Shown: positions 23,602 through 35,370 of the stretch, one piece after another
Position numbering within the stretch: position 1 is the stretch's first letter
Layout of the letters: every line of letters begins with the position of its first letter
Assembly (NCBI GenBank): GCA_013115145.1
Contig: JAAPAO010000053.1
Location: forward strand, 1 to 64,000
Reading direction: 5' to 3'
Origin: Perkinsus chesapeaki ATCC PRA-425
Taxonomy: Eukaryota > Protista > Perkinsozoa
Length of the DNA: 64,000 bases
The notes under the pieces: model-generated
Seen by the model: the letters and a program-made list of their open reading frames with translations, nothing else
Told to the model about the DNA's origin: nothing
Databases searched by the model: none
Made by a program: the position numbers and the translations under genes

Positions 23602-24013
23602 GCAGCAGTAGCAGCAAGGGCCTCGTCTTATAAAAATGGTTAAGCAAACTTTTATCGTTTATTTGATCATCAAAATGATATAATGAAGTCGTTGAAAATT
23701 GAGTGTTCGGCGTTCTACTGGAATCGCCCACCATCGTCGTCGCTGAAGCTCTTGTATTCGTACAAGGTTCTTTAATCGTCGTCTTACCTCTTCCTCATCT
23801 CAGGTACGGTAATCTGGTCGAGAGCGTCGTCCAAAGCCAGAACAAGGGCAACCCGCTAGTCGCCGGCCCCTCCAACTTGGCATTGTCCCGATACATCTCT
23901 CAAAGCCGTAGATTCTAGAACGCCCAAGAGTTATTGAAAGATTATTGTTAAGCTGCTGAGCCTTTATAGAGCTCGTGTTTCTTCGTTTCATTTATTGTAG
24001 CATTTATAACAGG

Positions 24014-24496
24014 GATGCTGGTGCTGATGATAAGGCGCGCAGGAGTTGCCATTTTCGTTGGCGGTCCGAACTGGGCCGCTGTAGGCCTCCTCGTGGCATC
24101 AGCTACATCCTATTATGTTACCTCAACAAACACTATGGTTCCTAGCTCGCCGTTTTGCTTGCCTGGTCACTTACACCGATAAAAGAAAGATTCTTCATGC
24201 ACCGACTGTTGAGTTCCGTTACCAAGTGCACGGGTGAAGCTCGGCTGCCTATTGGCGATGATTCCTTCCTACCGTCACGGCGTGCTCATCAACAACTACA
24301 GCGAGGATCTCTTCGGTGTTGATCTTTATAAGAAAAGGTTGGCCCTAGCGGGGCGCTGCAGTCTATCACGGTCTGAGTTCAGGCTGGGCGCCGGCGGCTA
24401 CCTGGAGGATCCGCAAGTCACAGCAGCTCGCAAATGTACGGTAAAGCCGCTGGGCAGTTTGTGGCCAAGGAACTTCAGGCTCGATATCCCATCTAG
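24014..24496 (+). CDS. Small hypothetical protein, multi-exon
   Basis: Exons give ...GISYILLCYLNKHY, KILHAPTVEFRYQVH, HGVLINNYSEDLFGVDLYKKRLGAGGYLEDPQVTAARKFVAKELQARYPI-stop. Start approximate. Confidence 0.5.
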
Positions 24497-25365
24497 CTCA
24501 TCAGTGGTACCAGCCGAAGCCCTACAACCCAGTACCGGACCCGGAGACAGCAGCCGCCCAGGACAGGAGGTAAGGAGTATTGAAGTGATGAGAAGGCAAA
24601 GGGGGCCGTTGACAGGCAATGCGTGCCGCAGTACTTACTCTTCGGTCATGCTGGGGATGTTAATAAAGACCCAAGAAGGAATCTTCAGAGGAGGGAGTTC
24701 TTTACCAGCCATCAGTTCTTCTATCAGCCTCCAGAGGTAGTGGGGCCGCCGGCGGGGAGGGGTGTTCATTTGCAATAAGAATCTGCGCACCGTAAATGGC
24801 GGGAATCTTCGGACTCGGTGTCTTTTGTGACATGGGGACAGGAGAGCTCCACGTCATTTCCTTGTGCATCGAGCTGATAGTCCAGAGCAGTAAAAGTATT
24901 CAACGCTAAATGTAAGTACACAACTCAACCTGTAGGCTGGTGAGAAGGTCAAAGCGATCAACAGAATGCCGAGCGAGTTTTTCCTCGGTGATGCCCACGA
25001 GCTTAAGGTGACCTGTTCTTGACACTGCCACTCCACCTGCATCTCTACAGGCTTCCGCCCCAGTAGCGACGGACCTTGTCCGACGATCTCGTGCCAAGTG
25101 GGCTGAGGAGGCGGCAGCGGACCCGTAGGAGCCTCACAGTTTTGACCGTGAAATCTTCCTGATAGTTTCGCCACTACCCATTCTCTTCACTTCCGCAGCA
25201 AGAGCCTGAACCTCCCCCAAGGTAATGAATTGTGGAGTGTCTTTTCCGATGGTACTTGTCAGACTCGTCACGGCACCCTAGAAAACGCGGCGAGTTCACG
25301 GCGGCGGTCAGTAGGAATTTCCACAAGCTGGGCCTTCGGAAGGCTGCTGTGGCATGAGCCTCCAC
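24493..25365 (-). CDS. Hypothetical protein, multi-exon
   Basis: Coding-like exons WKFLLTAAVNSPRFLGCRDESDKY, GHLKLVGITEEKLARHSVDRFDLLTSLQ, LNTFTALDYQLDAQG and HYLWRLIEELMAGKELPPLKIPSW. Confidence 0.45.
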
Positions 25366-25452
25366 GGTGTTGTCATCGGATTTGCTGTTGTTAGTGTGAG
25401 ATGTTGGGTTACTAGTTTGGGAGGGGACAGACGATTGTGCAGCGATAAGGGA

Positions 25453-26318
25453 ATGTCATCGGCGCACAGTAAAGAGAGAGGTGTTACGCAAGCCGATCTG
25501 CAGCAAGTGGACATCGATGCCGAGTTCAAGTCATCCAGCTCCTCCTCCTCTGAGGGCAGCGACTCTGAAAAAGAAGACGACGGTGAGGCCGCTGTGGATT
25601 TGGCCAATATGGGGGAGTCTTCGATTTAAAACCTGCAGAGGAATTCTTAATAGTCGCTTCAGTATTGTTTTGGCCGTTCGCTAGTGGGCTCAGTGTTAAG
25701 CCAACACTGCTGCGTGGCCAGGGGCTGATATGACATCGTCTAGTCCAGCCACAGGGAGACATTGTCATTGGGCATTAAGTGATCTCCGAACTTCAAACTG
25801 CCTTTCATATCTCGGGGGGCAGGCTGGTCACCTCTTGTCTGGCGAGCATGTAAATCAACCCTTCTTCTTCGTATGTGAGGGTCGAGAGGAATCTTGCGCA
25901 CCAATATCTTCTCACCAACACTGGTGGCTTCAGGCCCGGAGTCCACCCCAGAGATGCTCATGCGTGCAGTGGCAGTAGGAGGGGATCTGGCCAAGCAGAC
26001 CATTGACACGTGGATCACAGACGAGCAGACTGGTACTAGTTCTTGGGGCCCAGCGGGGGGGGATCTCCGCGGTTAGGGTTGAGGTACTGCTACAGCGGCA
26101 GCGAACGGAAGATGTACATGTGGAATGCTCGATCCCAATGCATGTACCATTGGCATGGGCGAGGGAAGATGGACTTCCTGTGGCAAGCTAATCAGGCCAC
26201 ACAGAACGGAGCTACGCAACAACAGCAGCAGCAGCAGCAAGAGGGGACTACTGTAGTGGGGAATTGGGGGGGGGGGCGTTGGGATTGGCCAGTCCACAGC
26301 GGAGCTATCTCACTGTAA
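25453..26318 (+). CDS. Hypothetical protein with acidic/Ser-rich N-terminus, aromatic-rich segment and poly-Q
   Basis: MSSAHSKERGVTQADLQQVDIDAEF..., LRYCYSGSERKMYMWNARSQCMYHW, and a CAG/CAA run near 26215-26240. Confidence 0.5.
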
Positions 26319-26552
26319 CGAAATGATGTCACTGACATGGCCGTCAGGGAAACGACTGAATTAAAAACTGATCGAATTGGATAATCGGAAAAGGCTATAA
26401 GTCGTGTCTTTTAGCAAGAGGGTTTTCCTGGTCGGTGGTGGAGTAGCGTTGGAATGTCATCCTCGATAATGACTTTAAAATGACGTTGCCTGTCTCTATC
26501 TGTCATATCTTTCTGTGACTTTCAGATTCCTGCTGCTGCTGCTGTTTCCGTG

Positions 26553-27955
26553 CATGATGTCGGTGGGGAGACTGGACATGATGTTGATAAAGTCATGTGG
26601 ATAACATATGTACTGAGAGCGCCATGTGCGGTAGAAGTAATGTAGCCCACCGAAGCAGATACCGTCATCCTACCTCTGGGGAGGGGAGAAGAGGGGCGCT
26701 GAGTCTCCAGAGGAATCTATCGAAGGAGCCGAGGATCAGACGGCAACTCCCGATGCGTCCGATTCCGGGTCGGGTATGGAGCCTACGAACAAGAAAGCAA
26801 GAACAGCAGCTGCCGATAACGCATCGGTGGGCTAGAGCGATAGCCGGGGTTGACTGTCACAGGCTGTCTCAGGTGATAGCGAGGTGCGATGCCAGAGTGC
26901 CTGGATTCAAGACGTTCGCCAGACGTTGGGGAATTGACGTGAATATTCTTCGGCACTTTGCGAAGCACGACGGCATGCTGATTCGGCACGTCATCGAGTC
27001 GTTCAAGCCGACAAAGGCCAAGGCCAAGAATGCTCTACAGAAGTAGCGTGCTGCTCAGTTGCCTAGTATCCGAATGCGTCTTCGGGCTCGCTGACTGGGA
27101 TATCCTGTACTGTTGCACAGGTACCTTCAAGGCCTCACTAAGTACCCTCAAAAATGGAGGATAGTAGCGGCATGTCGACAGGCGGTGCTGCTAGAGGAAG
27201 CCGATGGCGAGACCAGAGAGCTGGTGCCACCTAGATCCTTGGTTGTTGGTAGGCTGCATGTGTCGATTACGCCGGCACTGACTTGCAGGTTCGGCTGACG
27301 AGGACATTCGGAAAGCCAGCGATGATAGTGTGACACGGCTGGTGCTACCAGATGACACTGGTTACGTTGCGTCGGAGCATTTCCGCATTTTCCCCCTAGG
27401 AGATGACTTCTATGTAGCAATAGTTGGTCTGGTGTAACGCAGCGACCCGGCAATACGGCAAGGTGTCCCTCGGGGATCGGAAAAGTGTTCCTAGTGCGGA
27501 GTAGAAACTTCTGTAGAAAATGCTTCCAGAGCAAAAGAGAGCGTCAAGCGCATTCCTTCTGGAGCGACTCGCTGTTGTTGTGTTGTCACATTCTTTGTCT
27601 CAGGTACAGGACCTCGGTAGCAACTACGGCATCACGGTGGACGGCATGAGGTATCGGTCGACTGATGGCCCTATTGGGCCACTCAAGGACGGTAAGCTTC
27701 TGCTTGGTGGAGCGGAGAGGGTTCTTGGCCGAATCAGGATTGTTGTTACTGGTAGGTTCGATTGTCTCGATCGGCGGAGGGTCCCAACATAACCCGCCGA
27801 TGTTCATTTGCGAGTTCAACACTCCAGAGGAGCTCCGCAGACGACGGGTCGAGCCCGAAGGTCCGCCTGACGGACCTACGCCTCCAGACAAGTCAACCGA
27901 AGTTGAGGACAGGGCATCACAAGACAGCACTGACAAAGGAACAGAGGAAACGTAG
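26553..27955 (+). CDS. FHA domain-containing protein
   Basis: LVVGR followed by QDLGSNYGITVDG matches the FHA GR...DLGSxNGTxVNG pattern. Start approximate. Confidence 0.7.
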
Positions 27956-27995
27956 CTTCGTGTTGTTGCTTAAGGTGCATTGAGTTGAATTGTTA

Positions 27996-30655
27996 ATGGT
28001 CGTTGGGGAACAGAGGGCATCTGACACGAGCATGGCCAAGGACCGTGCAGCTGCCCTGCAAATTCTCCTGCCGGAGCAATTCCAGCGCGCCGAGACTCGC
28101 AGCAAGCTACTTCGAGAGACCTGCAAGTACCAGCGGAATCCGATAGACTCATCTGTTGTTAAGCAAGAGACCTGCAAGGCAATGCTGGAGAGTATGTACA
28201 AGGACGACGCTGCGCAGGTTGGGCAGAATAGTGGCGACGATGGCTTCAACTACCCTTGGTAGTTCCAAGCTGCGGTTGACCGAGTGGTGACGAAACTGAC
28301 AGAACATTTCGATGAGACTTTAGGCGGAGAAGTCAATCTGGTGGGTTTTCGACCTGTTCCGGTAGCCGGCAGAGACTCCTTCAATTTCAGGTTTTCTGGT
28401 TTTGCGCTCACTATGGTCGGCTTGAGTGCATGAAGCTGATGGTCGAAAAGCTTCCAGTGAACCTCAATTTCCTACACAGTTGTGGCCACTCAGTAAGTTA
28501 CTTGTGATAGAATCTCACAATCCCAAACTAGCTGCAGGTAATTGCTCGAGCCGCGATCAACGATCACGTCTCAGTGGTGGATTGGCTGTTTACCGTTGGG
28601 GCAGACCATGCCGCCGTCACAGGTGGCGTGAAATTACGTTTGCTGTCGGTTTGATTTTGTCCCAGACCCACGCTTCCTGGAAATGGCTGCTCATTGCGGT
28701 GCCCACCGAACGGTGAGTGTTTAATCTTGTCGATGCTCGTCGCCATTAGATTGCGCAGGTCGAACTTCTGCGAGGGTTTGCTGTTCGACCACCAACAGTC
28801 GATGACACTATTATCATCTCGATGGATGATGATGATGATGATGTTGCGGGGCTTCAATGAAGCTCACCCCAGCACCGGTACATTTCAATTGAACTTTCCG
28901 GGCCATTCTTGTCGTGTTCCATCAGTGTGATCGTGCAAACCGGGCGAAGCAGCGGGCTGCAGCACCGTCACTGAATAGAAAAAACGCGCCTCACTTGAAG
29001 TGGAACCTTTAAAAGCCATCGTGCGCTCCACCGGAGGAGCTCTACTCGTGCTTATATGAAAGCAGTACGATACCCGAGGCACCCTTATCATTTCCGGCCT
29101 TAAGGTGTGGGAATGAGATAGAGGGAGATGCTTATCTTGAACTGTCGTTAGCTCTATTGCTTAAATGCCGATGTCGAGTGTAGATAGTGACGCACCGGTA
29201 AGCACGAGAGAATCCGATAAGTGAGAGAACAATGCTCATACCTTCCCCAGCCCGACGGAAAACGTTACCAATCTCTCTACATGGCCAGTAGGAAAGAGTG
29301 TGACAAACTGCGACAAATGGGGGACGCTCTTGTGAAGAAAGTCGCTCGAGCAGAGCAGAAACGAAAGGAAGCTGAAGAGTGAGAAGTTCGTGTGAGCTGA
29401 TGCTGCTGCTCAGCGAGTTCACAGAGAACTCTTGGAGCTCCGAAGGCGCTACCGACAGATGAAGGCTTCTAGTGACGAGCTACGCGCACAAGAAAAGGTA
29501 TAGATGGGCTTGATGGAGCTAGCCCAGGACTGCCTGGCAGATTTCTAGCACCTTCGAGTCAGAGAAGTTATTGAGCTCCCGAATACGGGAAGAGACTTCT
29601 TCCTTGCGAGCCGCAAAGGAGAAGGCCCTGCAGCAATTGGTCACGCAGACCGATCGGGCTGAGAAGCTCAAGCAGGCCACCCAGGATCTGGCTAACGAGG
29701 CGAGCCTGACCGTTCCAGCTGCTCTTCGGTCAAGCTGACCGAGGAAGAACGATCATGTATATGTTAGAACGCTTCACTTCGAGGCGATCTGGATTCCGTG
29801 CGTTGTGATGCTGAGCGGCTGCAAAGGCAGCTAAGACGAAGCTCGCAGTCGGCTGAGATCCTGAAGAGGGACTATAAGGTGAAGTCGGAGCTCATCGTTA
29901 AGCTTGGGTCAGAGAACGAGGTGATGTGGAGCACGTGATGCTTCGCTCCTCTATCGCTAAGCTGCTCAGTTCCTCAAGGGAGAGAAAGAGCGTCTCGAGA
30001 ATATGCTTGCTCGCTCGGACGAAGAGAAGAGGCAGCTACTGTGAGTGTGTCATTTTAACAGATATCGCCGCTGGTATTATCTCAAGGTCCCATATCAACG
30101 ACTTGCAGCAAGAAGTGGCGGCTCTTAGAGATCTTTGCGACGACGCTGGTGGTCGAGTGCCCAACTTGGAAAGACAGGTCGGTGGCTGTAGAGTCCTCAG
30201 TGAGAGATTTCGGTGCTTCAGGCTTCGGATTGGCAAGAGGAAGCTCGAGGACTACGCGGCGCGCTCTCTCGAGTTCAAGCCGCATTCGACCACACAAAGC
30301 GCGAACGGGAGCACTGGAAGCAACAAAGCCTGAAAGCTACGCGAGACTTCGCTGAAATGGATGAGCGCGTCGCAGAGTACCAGCGGTTTGCGAGGCCTTG
30401 TTCTGATCTGGAACTTGTAGGCTGACCATGAAGTTGAAAGCTGTTGAACTGGAAAACGCCCGGCTGAGCAGTCGCCGCGATCCCAACGCTATCGGTGTAC
30501 AAGGCATACATGCATTAGTGGTATCTTCGCCGCGGATAGACGACGAGGAAGAGGACATGGTACGTCTAGCTCGAAGTTGTGTCTACTCCGCCTCCCTTTG
30601 GTAGGAGTGGCAGCAGCTGACAGAGCGTATGGCTGCAATAGCGTCCGGATCGTGA
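27996..30655 (+). CDS. Ankyrin-repeat plus long coiled-coil protein
   Basis: Spliced FWFCAHYGRLECMKLMVE, VIARAAINDHVSVVDWL and FLEMAAHCGAH (ankyrin-like), then heptad-rich exons (EKALQQLVTQTDRAEKLKQ; KERLENMLARSDEEKRQLL). Confidence 0.75.
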
Positions 30656-31131
30656 TACCATCCTCGATCACAAGCTCATGGCTTTAAGTCCTTTACTGCT
30701 GTTGAGTAATGCAACCGAGCTTTGGTGTCGAGTTCTAAACGTACACTTGCTCCAACCTACGTCAACCAGCGTTAAAGTACGTACTTCCATATTCATAGAA
30801 TTCTAAATAGCGATACTGCAGCCCGACTTTACTGGGCAGCCCAATCTGGGTTTGCCCACCGGTAAATTAGTTAAAGGGCTTACAACAGTCTCAGATTATC
30901 GATTCGCTCGACTACTAACATCTGGCGTGACGTCGTGTGTATGCGTGCGAATTTTTTTACTTGTCGCATGCCGGGGTCGAACCCGGGTCACAGCTCAGCA
31001 CCTTTGGAAAATCGGAGGTTATGTAACGCTTCGCTCCGCCGTTTTCGCCCAAGATCCTCACGCGCCGATTTTTTTAATCTTGCTACTGCAGGTTGCATCC
31101 ATTTCAGAGGTTTTGAGACCATCCCCCAGCA

Positions 31132-31740
31132 ATGACCAGCAAACCCCCGGCCTCCGTTCCCGAAAAGGCGTCCACTCTGGCCACCGGTAAGGGTGTCGTC
31201 GGCATCGATCCTAAGCTTCCCACTCACACCCCTCCTGCTGCTACCGACGTTCTTTCAAGCGGGAAGCCCAAGCCCGTCCATGTCGCCAAGTGGCCACCTA
31301 TGCCTGGCGGAGTCCCGATCCCTAAAGGAGGCCTCGGAGGTGTCTGGCGAGGTGCCTTCGAGGTCGCCTCGGCTTATACCGCCCTCAATCTTGAAAGGCA
31401 GCGCTTCGTCAACATTATCAGGTAAATACCAGCACTGTAAACATTGCCTCACATTTCCCTTCAGACTGGGCACCTTCTGCCGTGTCGTGGTCTGGCCTGT
31501 TATCCCCATTGTGGGGCTTTTCCACTACATCCGTCAGCGTGACCGTGACTGGTACGCCTTGGAGCTGTTAAGGTCCAGATGCAAGAGTGAAGGTAGCCTC
31601 CTCCTTCCCTTCCACCCTCTCGACTGTCCTTCGCAGATTGTGCTGCTTTCTACGATTGGACCATGCCCGGCTCTTCCGGTCACTGGAGGATGCAGAACGA
31701 TCTTGAGATCATTCGTCGGGCTGCCAATGTCGAGGACTAA
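31132..31740 (+). CDS. Small three-exon single-TM protein, possibly a lineage-specific mitochondrial inner-membrane subunit
   Basis: Clean GT-AG model ...GGVWRGAFEVASAYTALNLERQRFVNIIRLGTFCRVVVWPVIPIVGLFHYIRQRDRDWYALELLRSRCKSEDCAAFYDWTMPG...stop. Function is a guess. Confidence 0.7.
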
Positions 31741-31970
31741 GTACCATTGCTATACCAGTTCCCTTGTGTATCCCTGTCTCCTTAGGCCCTACCGTACAAG
31801 CAGGAGGCGGGAGCCTCCACTAGTAATGTGTGCTGATATAACATTATATCAATGACGGTCTATCCGCTTTGACTTTTCTTCATGGGGCGATGATAGCGGT
31901 TTTTCTGAGGTCACTTTTACCTTGCTCTTGTGTTCGTCACATAGCACCGGGACGCTTAGCTCCACTACCG

Positions 31971-33004
31971 ATGACCTCCCTCTGCGAGGAGTCAGTAAAC
32001 AAGCTTTTCAGCTCGTAAGCCGCCATGCATGATTAACCCTGGAAACACTATAGTGGCAGGTGTAACGCGTATATGCGTACACAAGCTGCGGAGCTTGACC
32101 ATGAAGCTGCACAAATTAGATCTGGCCTTCGAGCCAAGAAGAGGTCGATAACTATCAATAACAGGTGTGGTGACCGAATCGTCCTGCCAGCGCAAGCTCC
32201 GTTTGCTGCAGGCCATCAATCTCATCGCGGCGGAATCAACCGCAAAATAGGAAGCCCGACAGATGTGAGTCTTATCGCCAAGCCAACGTCACGTCTTGTT
32301 CGCAGCTCCACCACCTCCGGGTGAACATCGGTCAGCAAGCATAGCGCCGCCCAGACCGGCGATGATACCATCTCCAGTTGTACCCGGCCACGACTATGCG
32401 ACTTTGTGGAAGTGCTGAAATCGAGCGAAGGGTGAACTGTATCATATGCCTTCTCAGATTGCACGAGCGAGCATGGGAGAAGTTCACGTTGCGTCCACCG
32501 GAGCATTTGAGGTTCATCGACGTCCCCTGGCCTCCTTGCGACTCGGACGTGCTCGAGTTTACCGAGAAACAGTGTAAGAATTGGAAGGCATTGCAGAGCT
32601 GGAGGTGTCATAAGGTCTACTTCGGAACCGTAGTGATGACGCCTTCCTCGATCGAGAATCGAAGGATAGAGCATCGTACCGTGCAGCGTGCCGGCGATGG
32701 CATCCTGATAAGTTCGTCCAAGTGTAGGCTCGACGAGGAAAGGCTTGGAGAACGGCATAGTGGCAGATACGGTCGAAGCATCCGAGACCCGAAGGAATCC
32801 GAGCAGATAATGAACAAGTTGACGATGATAATGCAAGCAGTTAACGAGAGCTGGAAAAATAAAACGATGAGAAGTCAAATAAGAAAGGTGGGGTCAACTC
32901 GGTCTACTTCTCGAGAATCTATCAAGGCCTTTCAGGCCTGTGCTGAGGAGGCCGCTAGAGCCTGTCGTGGTGGGTCGTGTCGGAGAGCACGTTCTGGATC
33001 GTAA
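31971..33004 (+). CDS. NFKBIL1-like protein (DVPWP plus J-domain-like HPD motif)
   Basis: AWEKF...FIDVPWPP, an exon reading ACRRWHPDKFVQ, and IMNKLTMIMQAVNESW resemble the NFKBIL1/IkBL C-terminal module. Confidence 0.7.
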
Positions 33005-33483
33005 TAATATCCGGGTGTTCAAAGCTCTCCATGTTGCGTTGTTCTAAATAATCAACCATGAAACGCTTTGTAAGACATGATCCAGGTGGGAGGCTTTGAA
33101 AGGACCGAAAAGAAGAAAGACTGTCTTTGAAAGTTCTGCTGAATCTACTCCGCAGTTTTGTGGTCAGAGAACTGATGGGGGTTGAGGTTCGATATGTCCT
33201 TCGGTTCGCAAATACTGTTATGAGATACTAACGAACACAACTAACTACGACAGTTGAATCATATAGGGTGCGGTTCCGAATCAAACTGGACAACAGAAGC
33301 CCTTCGAGGCTGCTTGAGGGGAGGGGAAGTGTCCTCTGGGGGATCGGAGATGTCATAAAAAGATACACCTGAGGAACATCTTTGATACTTGCGAAAGGAA
33401 GGCGGTAAGATTCTCGATTCCAAAGGCAGTACTAAAGTGAAGGTAAAATGGATAATAGATTAATAATTAATTTTAATTATATA

Positions 33484-33645
33484 CAGGGTGCATAAATGCA
33501 TATATTCTGGCGCGCGTGAAGGAAATCACCAAGAATACCATTTCATAGATCTCATTGAGCCCTCTAGATTGTTATGTATTAGATGATCAAAGTCGTTAGA
33601 CCTGAAAAGCTATGAGCGGTGGGCCCTTATTTTCTATGCACCCTG
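33484..33645. mobile_element. Putative 162-bp non-autonomous Tc1/mariner-type MITE
   Basis: TA-CAGGGTGCATA...TATGCACCCTG-TA: perfect 11-bp terminal inverted repeats with TA on both sides, no ORF, AT-rich intergenic site. Confidence 0.65.
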
Positions 33646-33720
33646 TATTAACTAAACCATCATCAACTACTTCACTAATGAGCTGACAATATCAATTGAG
33701 CCGGGAATATATGATCATTA

Positions 33721-34870
33721 TCAGCCACGCTTACCTTTGCACGTCGATGGTCGTCGCTTTCGCCCCTTCCTAGACCTTGGGGAGGAGTTACCAATACTAG
33801 ACTGGCAGTCTGAGGATGCCGCCGACACTTTACGATTTATCTCGGTGTTGAATGCCCTGCGGAAACCATAACAAAATTTCCAGCTTCCGGGCCTACGTTG
33901 CTGATCGGCTGTCGGCACTCTCGTCATCGGCCACCGACGAGATTCCCAAGGACTGGCAGCCTCGGAGCAAAGCTTGCGGAGTGATGCCTGTATAGTCACC
34001 GAGGGAGAGTGTTGCACTGTGAGAGCTACCCAGATAGAGCGTGGACTCTGGCTAAAGAGAACGTTAACGATACTGCTATAACGAACATTAATATAAGTAA
34101 ATAAAAATTGGTTTGAAACAAATCGAGGAGAGGCCGACGCGGAGGAAACAAGTAGGAGAATGAAAAGGCAATTGTTAAAGTAAAAAGGCGGCTGGTAAAC
34201 CGCAATCTTACGTCCCATCTAACTGCCTCTCCATATTGAAGTGTCACCCATTCATCATCATCTACTGTGGGGGCCAAACGAACGACCGTCGAATTATTGC
34301 CAACAGAATCGTCAGAAATCTCGATCGAATCGTCAGTGGGCCGCAATAACATAATATATACGTCGGCTCCATTCTCGTGATTAAATAGGGCTAGGCGGAG
34401 GCTGCTGTCCATCCCGGAGATCCTGATAGTGCCAGCTTCATCTAGGTCGCTAGTGGAGCTGCCCTGGTCACCCAAAAGCACGTAGTGCCTAGCCGCGAGG
34501 AGCATGTCACTTCGCCGGGCTTCGTCGAACTCACCCGAGCTCTCCCACACAGTGACTTTGAACTGTCTCCTCCATCCATGAAATAGTTATCATTCTATCT
34601 TCTATGGGCCTGCCCGGCCTTGCGGACCAGTAAGGAAGATGCAACGTTGTTTGCGAAGGTTCAGTGGTGTCCCAAAGCATCAAGATATGAAGTTGATCAG
34701 TTTAATTAAATTGAACAGAACACAGGAATGCTGTAAAAACTAGACAGATTCAAGACATAGCCCAATTCTTGACTGCCTCTCCAACAAAAAGATCTGGTCG
34801 TGTGCGAGGTAGATGCTCCAACACTGAAAATGCGATACATGCGCTGAGGAACATATCTACACTTCCGGCC
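33721..34870 (-). CDS. Hypothetical protein
   Basis: Long coding-like exon FKVTVWESSGEFDEARRSD...LRLALFNHENGADVYIMLLRP...DDDEWVTL. Boundaries uncertain. Confidence 0.45.
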
Positions 34871-35370
34871 AACTACAGGAAACCGCACGCTGTCGGCGGT
34901 GACAATCGGGGCAATTATAGGACGCCCACGTTATAGCATTCATCACCCAAAATAGTGAATTTCTGAGACTTCAAAAAGTCAGAAGGTTCAATTAAAATAT
35001 CTATATTACAAATGTGCCTTGATTGGCGCCAGACTCGATCAGGTTGGGGAGAAGTGCAAAGTTAAAGTTCGATAATTTACGTTGGACCGCCAGAAATTTC
35101 CTAAAACCCGGATATCTCAGAGGTCAGAGCTCGTGCGGAGGTCAGTCGTATACCTCTGGAAAGGGGTACGAATTTCTGATCGAATGCCACCTAGTTCGCC
35201 CTCGTATACGATCGAAAACTTATTCAGATCGGGGTTGGACAACTTTCTGACCAGTATGTATAGGCCTTCCTTGCGATAACTAATATTGATAATTTATCAG
35301 GAATGATACCTGGTTAGAGTTGTACATCTCGTGTGTACTTTCATTATTTTTATTTTATTCATATATGAGT

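Noticed and set aside
32222-32878. Minus-strand 218-aa ORF
   Set aside because: It is the shadow of the NFKBIL1-like gene, whose DVPWP and HPD motifs are on the plus strand.
35020-35260. Mariner-like words (CAGGTTGG; TACTGGTCAGAAAGTT on the reverse strand) suggesting another MITE
   Set aside because: No matching inverted terminus was found.
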